Below are positions 12,427 to 21,349 of a stretch of DNA of 64,000 nucleotides, in pieces. The notes under the pieces were generated by a model. That model saw only the letters and a list, made by a program, of their open reading frames with translations. It was not told where the DNA came from and searched no databases. Each line of letters begins with the position of its first letter. The first letter of the stretch is position 1. The position numbers and the translations under genes were made by a program. This DNA is from Gammaproteobacteria bacterium (GTDB lineage Bacteria; Pseudomonadota; Gammaproteobacteria; GCA-002705445; GCA-002716945), in the NCBI GenBank assembly GCA_965660795.1, contig CBFIBF010000001.1, forward strand, positions 30,932-94,931, in the 5' to 3' direction.

Positions 12427-12927
12427 ATGCAGTCCGGGCATTTATCTAAATTTCTATCTATATCAATAATTACATTATTTTTGTCATCATGTGCAAACAT
12501 GCAAGCCATGCTTGATAGTCAAGCTGAAGAACAAAGAGAAGTATCTGTAGAACAAAAGCTTCAAGTATCAATTCCTCTGCCTGAAAACTCAAAGTATCTA
12601 GTGAGTAAAACTGTGATATTTGGTGAAGGTAATAAGTTCTCAGGAATTCTATACTTGCAACATGAAGGAGGCGCAGATGATATCGTTAGCTTCTATAGAA
12701 AGAATATGATTGCTGATGGATGGTCTGAAATTGGAATTGTAAGATCAAGATTTGTTCTTATCAACTATGAAAAAGAGAATAGATTCGCAACAATCAAAGT
12801 GCTAAGAGGAATGTTTGATAAATCAGAATCTGAGATAACTATTGGTCCTAAATCATCTTCCCAACTAGAGAAGAGCTTAGATGTTGATTCATCTGAATCT
12901 TCAGACGATCCTTTCCTCGTCCAATAA
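12427..12927 (+). CDS. Hypothetical lipoprotein
   Basis: 166 aa with a signal peptide and lipobox (LSSC), and an acidic, Ser-rich C-terminus. No family recognised. Confidence 0.5.
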   Translation: MQSGHLSKFLSISIITLFLSSCANMQAMLDSQAEEQREVSVEQKLQVSIPLPENSKYLVSKTVIFGEGNKFSGILYLQHEGGADDIVSFYRKNMIADGWSEIGIVRSRFVLINYEKENRFATIKVLRGMFDKSESEITIGPKSSSQLEKSLDVDSSESSDDPFLVQ

Positions 12928-12931
12928 ATTG

Positions 12932-13809
12932 TTAGTCAAAAATTATATCTATAACATCATCTAGATATATATCTCTAAAAAAATGATCTGCCCCATCAAT
13001 AAGAATATGAGAAATATTTGATTGATTGATTTGGTTTAGTTTTTTATAAGAATCTAGAAGAATTTCATCATCAGTTCCTGAGAAAATAGTTACCGATGAA
13101 TTAGTATCTTTTAATAAGTCAATGATACTAAATGTAAACGGATACAATGTCTGGTTTTTGGATAAATCTAAATAAGATCTAAATGTTGATGAAGATACTT
13201 TAGCGTTTTCACAAAATAAAAAATTAATGGAAGGATACTTATCAGAAATAATAAATTCATCTTTATTATTTATCAATGTTTCATAAGGAAGTTTGTGTTC
13301 TTGGTTATAGTAGTTTTTTGTTCCTAAATAAGTATCTATAACTGGAGCTAATAGATACGCTTTGATGTTATTGTTATTTATAAGAGCCATTGCTTGAACT
13401 ACATTAAATGCTCCTCTGGAGTGTCCTATAAAATATATATTTTTATAGTTTTGATTTTCTAGATATTTATACCAGGATACTATTTCATTGATAGATCTAT
13501 GTTCGTTATGAGTATGTACCCTATCACATGAAAGAAATTCACTAGTTCTATTGTCTATATCATAGCTCAAGTTAATGCTTAGAGAACTGTGACCGCGATC
13601 CAATATTCTCTGACTTAATGATTTTATAATCTCCATGTCCTTATAGCCTCGTGTTCCATGAACAAGAATGAATATAGTATCGCTTTGTGGGCCACTGGTT
13701 AAGGTAGCATTTAAGGTTAGACCATTATCACTTTTAATATTAATTATCTGATCATCTGATACAGTGATATTTGGGAAGAAGCTAAGGAAGAATAAAGCAT
13801 AAAAGAATA
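12932..13809 (-). CDS. Secreted alpha/beta hydrolase (esterase/lipase-like); the start codon is uncertain.
   Basis: It has the HG oxyanion motif (ILVHGTRGY), a GHSRG nucleophile elbow and a C-terminal DGADHFF. The track ORF 12932..13906 reads through the tRNA. There is no ATG, GTG or TTG in frame between the tRNA and the HG motif (the first ATG is at 13636), so the start is non-canonical (ATA at 13809 or 13806) or the gene is 5'-truncated. Confidence 0.55.
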
Positions 13810-13811
13810 TT

Positions 13812-13884
13812 ATAGGGCGTACAGGATTCGAACCTGTGACAAATGGCTTAAAAGGCCACTGCTCTACCAACTGAGCTAACGCCC
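13812..13884 (-). tRNA. tRNA-Lys (anticodon UUU)
   Basis: Reverse complement of 13812..13884 is GGGGCGUUAGCUCAGUUGGUAGAGCAGUGGCCUUUUAAGCCAUUUGUCACAGGUUCGAAUCCUGUACGCCCUA. It folds as a cloverleaf with D and T arms (T loop UUCGAAU) and anticodon loop CUUUUAA, and closely matches E. coli tRNA-Lys. No CCA is encoded. Confidence 0.9.
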
Positions 13885-13892
13885 CGAATATA

Positions 13893-15092
13893 CTAAATTT
13901 TATCAAGTGTCCTAATTTTTTCTGGAAGCACTTTTAAATCTATCAACGAATTTTTAAGAAGTTCAGAAAAACTGCTGTCTTCGTATACAGCTTTATAATA
14001 CTCGATTTTCATCATTAATGAAGCGCCAAATATTATTGAGATGAGCGTGATGATAGATCCTATGGCTAGTGTTGATACACCTGTCACTCCTTGGCCAATT
14101 GTACAACCAAGAGAGAGTACTCCTCCGATACCGATTAAAATGCCCCCTATTAAATGTCTTATAAAGTCATGTTTATTAGCAAACCACTCAAGTCTAAGGT
14201 TTTTACTGATAAGTGAATAAACAAATGAACCAAAGATAGTAGACAATAATGCTGTTACACCAAATGTTAGAAAGAATGAATTTAATCCACTGGTGGTATA
14301 CAACAAAGTTTCACCCATCGGATTAATAAATGTAAAGGATTGAACGCCAACTGCTGGGTAAGGTGTATCAAGAAAATCATTGTTTTCAATCCACGCTTGT
14401 CCAAGCTGGCCGCCTGTAAGTAACCAGGCAAAAACTACAACTAAGCCAACAACTATGCCAGATGTAATATTATCAGAGCTTAATTTCTTATTCGATGAGA
14501 ATATAAACTTGAATAGGAAAAATATTATTATTAATGGGATAAAGAGTGTTGAAAAGATATTTCCAGGGTCCAATCTAAAAATCGATGAAATTATAGTCTG
14601 AATTGATTGATCATTTATACCGAGCTTTGCAAGATCAGGACTTAATGGGCTCATCCAGCTATGGAACAGGAGTCCATAGAAATCAGTTCGAGTCATAAGA
14701 AGTGCCATTAGACCTGCGACAAGAAGAACAAATATTGACTTTAAATTACCTCCGCCTATTCTTATAAGTATCTTGTTACCACATCCGCTTGATAGGGTCA
14801 TCCCGATACCAAACATAATTCCACCAACTATATATCTTGGCCAGAATAAAACAGAGTTTCTGTATGGAATTCTTGAATCATTGACACTTATAGCTCCTAC
14901 AAATTCTAAAATGGTTACGCCCAATATCGCAATTGCGATTGCTAAAAACCATGCTTTTAATCTAGATGTATCCCCGATATTAACCAAATCAGACACTGCA
15001 CCCATAGTGCAGAAATTAGTTTTGTTAACAACGAAACCAAGAATAAACCCTAATATTGAAGTATAAATTAATATTGTTGTTGCTGATTCCAT
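13893..15092 (-). CDS. YeeE/YedE family transporter (thiosulfate or sulfur-compound uptake)
   Basis: 399 aa polytopic membrane protein with the conserved Cys motif FCTMGA and an internal duplication (GCTIGQG), typical of YeeE/TsuA. Confidence 0.8.
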   Translation of the reverse strand: MESATTILIYTSILGFILGFVVNKTNFCTMGAVSDLVNIGDTSRLKAWFLAIAIAILGVTILEFVGAISVNDSRIPYRNSVLFWPRYIVGGIMFGIGMTLSSGCGNKILIRIGGGNLKSIFVLLVAGLMALLMTRTDFYGLLFHSWMSPLSPDLAKLGINDQSIQTIISSIFRLDPGNIFSTLFIPLIIIFFLFKFIFSSNKKLSSDNITSGIVVGLVVVFAWLLTGGQLGQAWIENNDFLDTPYPAVGVQSFTFINPMGETLLYTTSGLNSFFLTFGVTALLSTIFGSFVYSLISKNLRLEWFANKHDFIRHLIGGILIGIGGVLSLGCTIGQGVTGVSTLAIGSIITLISIIFGASLMMKIEYYKAVYEDSSFSELLKNSLIDLKVLPEKIRTLDKI

Positions 15093-15129
15093 AGTACAAA
15101 ATCACAGTTTATATATTTTTAATAATTTT

Positions 15130-15804
15130 TCAATTTTTATATCTTGTAGGATCTTCAATCCCCGCCAATCTAAATCCTTCTTTTCTAAAATTGCAAGCAT
15201 CACATTTACCACATGCTCTTCCTTCATTATCCAGTTGGTAACAAGAAACTGTTTTAGAATAGTCAATACCTAGATTATAACCATATTTAATGATTTCTTT
15301 TTTTGACATATCAATTAAAGGCGTGTTGATACGTATATCAGAACCATTTACTCCTGACTTAGTTCCTAGATTGATTGAACCCTGTATACTCTTGATAAAT
15401 TCCGGCCTGCAATCAGGATAGCCAGAATAATCAATCTGATTAACACCGATAAAAATATCATAAATCTTGTATTTTTCAGCATAAGCTGAGGCGATAGATA
15501 AAAAAATTGTGTTTCTTGCAGGAACATAAGTAATTGGTATTTCATCATCAGTAGCGATAGGAACATCAATCTTTTCATCTGTTAATGCAGAACCGCCTAT
15601 TTGCGTGAGATCTATCTTAAAAATTAGTCCATCAATATCATAATGATTTAAATAATTCTGACTAGATTGAATTTCATAATTATGTCTTTGGTTATAATCA
15701 ATGGTTAAAGCAAGACATTTATAACCCTCTGAAATTGCATGATGTAGAACTGTAGTAGAATCTAAGCCGCCCGAAAATAGAACTATAGCTTTTTTATCGA
15801 CCAT
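15130..15804 (-). CDS. queC: 7-cyano-7-deazaguanine synthase
   Basis: 224 aa with PP-loop SGGLDS and the C-terminal CGKCDAC zinc site. Confidence 0.92.
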   Translation of the reverse strand: MVDKKAIVLFSGGLDSTTVLHHAISEGYKCLALTIDYNQRHNYEIQSSQNYLNHYDIDGLIFKIDLTQIGGSALTDEKIDVPIATDDEIPITYVPARNTIFLSIASAYAEKYKIYDIFIGVNQIDYSGYPDCRPEFIKSIQGSINLGTKSGVNGSDIRINTPLIDMSKKEIIKYGYNLGIDYSKTVSCYQLDNEGRACGKCDACNFRKEGFRLAGIEDPTRYKN

Positions 15805-16444
15805 TTATGTTACCCCAAATGACTTTATGAAGTTGAGTTTGCAATCTTACATTCAAAGAATGTTCAATAATAAGTTCTGCAAGTTCAGCAATGGGCATTT
15901 CATCATAGGATGGTGAGAATAAAACAGGACAATAATTATCTAAATTGAATTTAGAGATATATTCTTTTGCCCATATGAAATCATCTTTGTTACATATAAC
16001 AAACTTTATCTCATCTTTAGTTTTAAGATATCTGTAGTTTTCTGTTTTATTGTTATCAGATTCATTAGATGCAGGTGTCTTGATGTCGAGAATTATTGAA
16101 ACTCTGGAATCTATGGTTGAGATATCAAGGCAATTACTTGTTTCGATTGAAACTGAGTAATTTAAATTACATACTTTCTCTAAAAATAAAAATACATTTT
16201 TCTGAGCAAGAGGTTCGCCTCCGGTAACTGTGAGATATTTTGAATTATATTTTTTAAGTATTTTAATAATCTCATCGAATGACATTTTGGAGCCATCAGT
16301 AAAAGCATATTCTGTATCACAATATGAGCATCTCAATGGACATCCAGTTAGTCTAATAAATGTGGTTGGTAAACCCGTACGAGATGTTTCACCTTGTATG
16401 GAATGAAAAATTTCATTAATAATTAATGTATTTACCTTACTCAT
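15794..16444 (-). CDS. queE: 7-carboxy-7-deazaguanine synthase (radical SAM)
   Basis: 216 aa with GCPLRCSYCDT (CxxxCxxC); overlaps queC. Confidence 0.9.
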   Translation of the reverse strand: MSKVNTLIINEIFHSIQGETSRTGLPTTFIRLTGCPLRCSYCDTEYAFTDGSKMSFDEIIKILKKYNSKYLTVTGGEPLAQKNVFLFLEKVCNLNYSVSIETSNCLDISTIDSRVSIILDIKTPASNESDNNKTENYRYLKTKDEIKFVICNKDDFIWAKEYISKFNLDNYCPVLFSPSYDEMPIAELAELIIEHSLNVRLQTQLHKVIWGNINGR

Positions 16445-16944
16445 ATAGAATTAACTAGTTCAGGATAATTAATTTTTGTGTAACCATGACATAAGGCAAC
16501 TCCTAATGCATCAGACGCGTCCTCCTCAAGCTTTCTTCTTAGCCTAAGTTTGCGTTTAACATATTTTTGTACCTCATCTTTATCTGAAGCGCCATTACCA
16601 GTTATAATCATTTTAACTTTCCTAGGGCTATACTCAAAAACATCTCTTAATTCTCCACTGCAGGCTGATAGTGCAGCACCCCTTGCTTGGCCTAGCTTGA
16701 TAGCTGTACCGGCATTAACACTAAAAAAAACAGACTCAAGAGCAATCTCATCAGGTTGATAGATTTCAATCAATCTTTTTGTATTTTCATGAATAAGAGA
16801 TAATTTAATAGTGTATTTATTTTTAAGACCAGTTTTTAGCACTTCATGATGTATATATTCTGATTTGTTTTTATCATAGTGTATTATTCCGTATCCTGTT
16901 TTATTAGTTCCTGGGTCAATACCTAATATAATAGTCATGGTCAA
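16441..16944 (-). CDS. ruvC: Holliday junction resolvase RuvC
   Basis: 167 aa with ILGIDPGTNKTGYGII at the N-terminus (catalytic Asp). Confidence 0.92.
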   Translation of the reverse strand: MTMTIILGIDPGTNKTGYGIIHYDKNKSEYIHHEVLKTGLKNKYTIKLSLIHENTKRLIEIYQPDEIALESVFFSVNAGTAIKLGQARGAALSACSGELRDVFEYSPRKVKMIITGNGASDKDEVQKYVKRKLRLRRKLEEDASDALGVALCHGYTKINYPELVNSI

Positions 16945-17658
16945 CTATACTATATTAACGTTTGTGTAAATATTCTGAACATCATCTAATTCCTCGAGGT
17001 TATCGGTGAATAATTGAACTTGTTCAATATCACTATCAGATATATCACACATTGTAATTGGCTCTAAAATAAGCTCCTCGTCTTTTGTTTGTACAGATTT
17101 AGAATCGAAAAATGATTTAACAGCAAATAGTTGAGAGGGATTGGTATTGATAATGCAATTGTTTTCTGTTTCTTCATAATCTAATATTTCAATGTCATCA
17201 ATATGATTAATAAGATCATCCTCTGAAAAATCTACTAGTGTGAGTATTCCAATCTTTCTAAATAAATGAGCTACAGAACCTTTTGTTCCAAGGCTTCCAT
17301 TATATTTTGTAAGCGCATGTCTCACCTCAGATACCGTCCTGTTTTTGTTGTCTGTTAAACATTCAATAATTACAGCAATTCCTTTTGGGCCATAACCTTC
17401 ATAAGTGATTTCCTCAAATGAACTGTCACTTTGTCCAGAACCTTTTTTTATAGCTCTCTCAATAGTATCCTTTGGCACACTATTTTTATTAGCCTTTGTC
17501 ATTGCTAATCGTAATCTTGAGTTGCTCGAAATATCAGGACCACCCAACCTTACAGCAACAGTAATTTCCCTAATTATCTTTGTAAATACTTTGCCACGTT
17601 TATTATCTTGGGCTTTTTTTCTATGTTGTATGTTAGCCCATTTACTATGTCCTGCCAT
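16945..17658 (-). CDS. YebC/PmpR family DNA-binding regulatory protein
   Basis: 237 aa beginning MAGHSKWANIQHRK, in the conserved position upstream of ruvC. Confidence 0.92.
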   Translation of the reverse strand: MAGHSKWANIQHRKKAQDNKRGKVFTKIIREITVAVRLGGPDISSNSRLRLAMTKANKNSVPKDTIERAIKKGSGQSDSSFEEITYEGYGPKGIAVIIECLTDNKNRTVSEVRHALTKYNGSLGTKGSVAHLFRKIGILTLVDFSEDDLINHIDDIEILDYEETENNCIINTNPSQLFAVKSFFDSKSVQTKDEELILEPITMCDISDSDIEQVQLFTDNLEELDDVQNIYTNVNIV

Positions 17659-18650
17659 TATGATGCCCTCTGATTTTTGCTAAAAAATTTATCTTCAAAG
17701 TCTATCATTCTATTTATAGATTTCTTTGCTGCAATAATAGTTTCGCTGTCTAATGTTATTTCATTTTGAGTACTGAATATATTTTTAATTTTATCAAGGG
17801 TATTAAGATTCATCCATGGGCACCTCCCACAACTTTTACATGTAGCACCTTCACCTTCCGTAGGAGCCTCATAGAAATTTTTCTCAGGGGATAGTTTTTT
17901 CATTTGATAAAAGATTCCCTTTTCAGTTGCAACAATTATGTTTTTAGATTTACTAGATTTTGATGCATTAATTAATTTTGTTGTTGATCCAACTACATCC
18001 GCAAGTTGAATTATGCTTCGGGGGGATTCAGGATGGACAAGAACTTCACAATCATCAAGTTTATTAATCAGCTTTTTAAGCTCAATAGTTTTATATTCTT
18101 CATGAACAACACAAGATCCATCCCAAATTTTCATATCTATACCAGTTTGATCTTGGATGTATGAACCTAAATATTTGTCGGGTGCCCAGATTATTTTTTT
18201 ACCCGATTTTACTAGAGACTCTATAACAGGTATTGCAATACTTGAAGTAACAACCCAATCAGCAATTGCTTTAACTTTAGCACTAGTATTAGCATATACG
18301 ACAACTTCTCTATCAGGATATTTACCACAATATTCTTTAAATGATTTATAACTACAGCTTTCGTCAAGAGAGCATGTTGCGTCCTTATCAAGGACAAAGA
18401 TATTTTTTTCCGGGTTGAGTATTTTAGCGGTTTCACCCATGAACTTTACACCTGCAATAATTAGGTTTTGTTCTTTTTGTTGAGTACCAAATTTAGCCAT
18501 TTGCAAGGAATCTGCAACACATCCCCCCGTGTCTTCCGTTATCTTTTGTATTTGTGAGTCAACATAATAATGTGATATCAACTTGGCATTATTTTCTGAT
18601 AAGAATTTCTTTATCGAGTTCAATTGATTTGTGTAATTATCAGAATCCAT
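17658..18650 (-). CDS. nadA: Quinolinate synthase A
   Basis: 330 aa with three-repeat NadA architecture and a Cys cluster (CKSCGRCPWM). Confidence 0.88.
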   Translation of the reverse strand: MDSDNYTNQLNSIKKFLSENNAKLISHYYVDSQIQKITEDTGGCVADSLQMAKFGTQQKEQNLIIAGVKFMGETAKILNPEKNIFVLDKDATCSLDESCSYKSFKEYCGKYPDREVVVYANTSAKVKAIADWVVTSSIAIPVIESLVKSGKKIIWAPDKYLGSYIQDQTGIDMKIWDGSCVVHEEYKTIELKKLINKLDDCEVLVHPESPRSIIQLADVVGSTTKLINASKSSKSKNIIVATEKGIFYQMKKLSPEKNFYEAPTEGEGATCKSCGRCPWMNLNTLDKIKNIFSTQNEITLDSETIIAAKKSINRMIDFEDKFFSKNQRAS

Positions 18651-18652
18651 AT

Positions 18653-20410
18653 TTATGAGGGTTTACTTTTTTTAATATTTAGTTCTCTTAATTGCTCAGA
18701 ATTAATTTCAGTCGGTGCATCTGTCAACAAGCATGCTGACGATTGGGTCTTTGGAAAAGCTATAGTATCTCTTATCGAGGATAAATTTCTTAGCAGCATA
18801 ACAATCCTGTCTAAACCAAATGCAATACCCGCATGAGGGGGACATCCAAAACCAAGAGATTCAATAAAAAAGCCAAATTTACTCTGTATCTCCTCATCAG
18901 ATAAGTTAAGAGCTTTAAACACATTTAATTGAGTTGACTTATCATGAATACGAACTGATCCTCCACCTATTTCATTACCATTCAGCGTAAGGTCATATGC
19001 TCTTGATAATGTAGTGTCATCATATTCAGTGCATGTGCCTGATGGTGATGTAAATGGGTGATGAAGTGAGGTCAATTTTTTAGTTCCTTTTTCATACTCA
19101 AACATCGGATAGTCAACAATCCATGCAAATTTGTATCCATTCGATATTAATTCGAGGTCATTACCAATTCTAGTTATTAAGGCAGACATAGAATTATTAA
19201 CAACATCACTTTTATCTGCAGAAAAAAAGATTAAATCTCCATCAGATGCATCTACAGATTTTAGGATATTGGCTATCTCATCATTGGTTAAGAATTTTTT
19301 AATTGGAGAATTAATGCCAGTATCTATATCCTCGATATTTTCAATTTTTAGATATGCAAGACCTTTTGCTCCAAATGTTTTTACTAAATCAGTATATTCA
19401 TCAATATTTTTACGAGTTAATTTTAAGCCTCCCGGCACTTTGAGAGCAGCTATTCTACTATTAGGTCTATCAACACAATCTTTAAAAACTTTAAACTCAG
19501 TACTTTGTAAATAATTAGCTATATCTACTAAAAAAAGTGGGTTTCTAAGGTCGGGTTTATCACAACCAAATTTTAGAATAGCTTCTTTAAAGGTAATTCG
19601 CGGGAAAGTTAGTGATATCTTATCGTCAATAAGAGATTCAAATATTTTTTTCATTAAAGATTCAGATAATTCCATAATTTGATCTTCATTAAAAAATGCG
19701 CATTCAATATCAAGTTGAGTGAATTCAGGTTGGCGATCTGCTCTTAAATCCTCATCACGAAAACATTTTGCAATTTGATAATATTTATCAAAACCAGACA
19801 TCATTAACATCTGTTTGAACAACTGAGGAGATTGCGGTAAAGCAAAAAAACTTCCTTTATGTACTCTACTTGGAACTATATAATCTCTAGCTCCTTCTGG
19901 TGTAGGCTTAGTAAGTATAGGCGTTTCTATTTCATTAAAATCTATTTCTGATAAATGATTACGTATGACACTGTATAGCTTGGATCTAAATCTTAAATTA
20001 TTTTGCATCTCCGTACTTCTCAGATCAACATATCTGTACTGCAACCTTAAATCTTCGTTAATGCTATTGTCATTTACTTTGAATGGAGTAGTTTTTGATG
20101 TGTTAAGTATATCAACCTTATCAACTATTAATTCTATATCCCCTGTTGGCATATCAGGGTTATTGGTACCCTCTTTTCTTTTTGCAATAACTCCTGTTAA
20201 CTCGAGAACATACTCGGATCTAATAGATTGTGCTGTTTCAAAAATATCTTTAGCATCAGGATTGAAAACAGCTTGGACAAGGCCAGTATGATCCCTGAGG
20301 TCTATAAATATCACTCCGCCATGATCTCTGCGAGTATTCACCCATCCATTTAGGGTTACAGTCTCATTTAGATATTCAGAATCAATGAGACCACAGTAGT
20401 GTCTTTTCAT
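18653..20410 (-). CDS. aspS: Aspartate--tRNA ligase
   Basis: 585 aa with an N-terminal OB anticodon-binding domain and class II motifs (FRDEDLRADRQPEFTQLD, GGGSVRIH, GLDR). Confidence 0.95.
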   Translation of the reverse strand: MKRHYCGLIDSEYLNETVTLNGWVNTRRDHGGVIFIDLRDHTGLVQAVFNPDAKDIFETAQSIRSEYVLELTGVIAKRKEGTNNPDMPTGDIELIVDKVDILNTSKTTPFKVNDNSINEDLRLQYRYVDLRSTEMQNNLRFRSKLYSVIRNHLSEIDFNEIETPILTKPTPEGARDYIVPSRVHKGSFFALPQSPQLFKQMLMMSGFDKYYQIAKCFRDEDLRADRQPEFTQLDIECAFFNEDQIMELSESLMKKIFESLIDDKISLTFPRITFKEAILKFGCDKPDLRNPLFLVDIANYLQSTEFKVFKDCVDRPNSRIAALKVPGGLKLTRKNIDEYTDLVKTFGAKGLAYLKIENIEDIDTGINSPIKKFLTNDEIANILKSVDASDGDLIFFSADKSDVVNNSMSALITRIGNDLELISNGYKFAWIVDYPMFEYEKGTKKLTSLHHPFTSPSGTCTEYDDTTLSRAYDLTLNGNEIGGGSVRIHDKSTQLNVFKALNLSDEEIQSKFGFFIESLGFGCPPHAGIAFGLDRIVMLLRNLSSIRDTIAFPKTQSSACLLTDAPTEINSEQLRELNIKKSKPS

Positions 20411-20412
20411 AC

Positions 20413-20622
20413 TTATGTATCCGTTTTTTTCTCTGATTTCTTTGTCTTGAAGTCAGTTTCATACCATCCAGAACCTTTCAGTCTAAAACCAGAAGATGAT
20501 ACCATGCGCTCAACAGCACCGTTTTTACCACACTTACAATTAGTAAGTTTTTTATCTGATATTTTCTGCATAGCCTCGAATACCTTGTCACAGACTTTAC
20601 ATTTATATTCATATATAGGCAT
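20413..20622 (-). CDS. FmdB-family zinc-ribbon protein
   Basis: 69 aa beginning MPIYEYKCKVC, with a second CxC pair. Confidence 0.8.
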   Translation of the reverse strand: MPIYEYKCKVCDKVFEAMQKISDKKLTNCKCGKNGAVERMVSSSGFRLKGSGWYETDFKTKKSEKKTDT

Positions 20623-20720
20623 AGTTTTTGAGTGTGTTATTTATTGATTTTAATCGACATTATACAAAAAAAATCTTATTTTATCTCTTATAAATTTAGT
20701 GCTATAATGCCACAAATTTT

Positions 20721-21026
20721 ATGAAAGCTATATTTAAAAGCATAATCTTATTTTCCTTAACACTTTCCATATCGAACGCTGATGAGTATACAGGTAAAGA
20801 GAAATCTGAAACTTGTCTGGGCTGTCATGCTATTGAGGGGTACAACAATACATACCCCACATACAAAGTACCTAAATTAGGTGGGCAACATTCAGATTAT
20901 ATTGTTTCTGCATTGAAGTCCTATCAAAAAAGAGACAGAAACCATGAGACTATGCATGCAAATGCTTCAGGTCTATCTGATCAAGATATTATTGATATAG
21001 CTAAATATTTCGAGTCAATTCAATGA
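20721..21026 (+). CDS. Monoheme cytochrome c (cytochrome c4 half-domain-like)
   Basis: Signal peptide, CLGCHA, and a distal Met ligand region (RNHETMHANASGLSDQDI). Confidence 0.75.
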   Translation: MKAIFKSIILFSLTLSISNADEYTGKEKSETCLGCHAIEGYNNTYPTYKVPKLGGQHSDYIVSALKSYQKRDRNHETMHANASGLSDQDIIDIAKYFESIQ

Positions 21027-21349
21027 TCAGGATAAATTTCATATTAGTATTGCTTTTATTTGTTACTCATCCTTCTTTTGCTGATTCAAGCTTTGACCGT
21101 GGAAAAGAAAAGTCCGTCACATGTGCTGCATGCCATGGAGCAGATGGTAATAGCAACAACAAGATGTATCCAAGATTAGCAGGTCAATACAAAAATTATC
21201 TAATACATTCGTTGAAAGCATATAAATCGGGCGATAGAAAAAATGCAATTATGAGTGGTTTTGCAGCAGGCTTATCAGAGCAAGACATCATCGACTTATC
21301 GACATATTATTCTAAACAAAAAGGTCTTAAGATTATTCCAAAGAATTAG
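21023..21349 (+). CDS. Monoheme cytochrome c (cytochrome c4 half-domain-like)
   Basis: Own signal peptide, CAACHG, and PRLAGQ...RKNAIMSGFAAGLSEQDI. Its start overlaps the previous stop (ATGA). Confidence 0.75.
   Translation: MIRINFILVLLLFVTHPSFADSSFDRGKEKSVTCAACHGADGNSNNKMYPRLAGQYKNYLIHSLKAYKSGDRKNAIMSGFAAGLSEQDIIDLSTYYSKQKGLKIIPKN

Noticed and set aside
13810-13906. N-terminal extension of track ORF 12932..13906 (MIKFSIFGALAQLVEQWPFKPFVTGSNPVRPII).
   Set aside because: This stretch is the translation of the tRNA-Lys gene itself. The real hydrolase, if intact, must start downstream of the tRNA.
20641-20720. Possible sigma70 promoter (TATAAT at 20704..20709) upstream of the cytochrome c pair.
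   Set aside because: In a ~30% GC genome TATAAT-like hexamers occur by chance everywhere, and the -35 match is poor (TTATCT). I cannot support it without expression data.
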